64,000 nucleotides of DNA from Azolla caroliniana (Eukaryota > Plantae > Polypodiophyta), in NCBI GenBank assembly GCA_043228905.1, contig JBHGNT010000022.1:248001-312000 (forward strand), read 5' to 3'. Under the pieces are notes generated by a model. It searched no databases. It was not told the DNA's origin and saw nothing but the letters and a program-made list of their open reading frames with translations. Shown here piece by piece: positions 63,632 to 64,000 of this stretch. The position numbers and the translations under genes are program-made. Positions within the stretch are counted from its first letter, which is position 1. Each line of letters opens with the position of its first letter.

Positions 63632-64000
63632 TGTGGGAGTGAAGTATGAGAAGGAAGACGAGAAAAATAAAACTGTGAGATATCCCACATAGACAGGAAA
63701 TAAGGATCTCACCATATATAAGGTAGAGGAAAAGCTATTATCTTTGTGTCTATGTGTGGAGCATAGAGAGTTCAAGGTGACTTGAACTAAGCTATTGGAT
63801 GAATGGGTGTGGCCTGGCTTCTTGCAAAGGTTTTGCACAACCAAAACCAGATCGGCAACGTAACCAGCATCCGGCAATGGAACCGGGATCCGGTGACGGA
63901 ATGGTAATCGGCATCCGGCATCCGGCAACCCAACGGTAACTGGCATCCAACATCCAGCGATCGAACCGGGATCCGGCGACCGAACGGTAATCGGCATCCG
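63632..64000. repeat. Unassigned repeat/LTR start with ATCCGG-rich tandem units, truncated by the window end
   Basis: Recurrent GCATCCGGC and AACCGGGATCCGG motifs from ~63850. Confidence 0.4.

Overview
This is eukaryotic (plant, probably bryophyte/moss-like; host is my inference) heterochromatic DNA made almost entirely of nested transposable elements. I recognise no host housekeeping gene, rRNA or CRISPR array. One old Copia element (11631-56110) has been expanded to ~44 kb by nested insertions, most delimited by LTR termini and target-site duplications (TSDs). These are a chromovirus Gypsy (13672-31334, itself holding two Copia elements), a 12.6-kb TIR DNA transposon (32664-45292) and another Copia (46337-55566, holding a solo LTR and a Tat-like element). 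The standout is the DNA transposon. It has 36-bp TIRs, a 4-bp TAGA TSD and a Sola-like transposase remnant. Divergently from that remnant it carries a six-exon spliceosomal gene for a ParB/Srx-like domain fused to a beta-class N6-adenine/N4-cytosine DNA methyltransferase (DIPY ... NPYQKP ... LDLFSGT[G]T). The first intron of this gene holds 14 phased 31-bp palindromes at a 51-bp period, reminiscent of parS arrays. This copy is pseudogenised. Other oddities are a 1.4-kb inverted duplication starting exactly at the transposon border, tRNA-like Pol III boxes in Gypsy LTRs, a gag-only element with an aberrant extended end, and an LTR family ending TG...TA.
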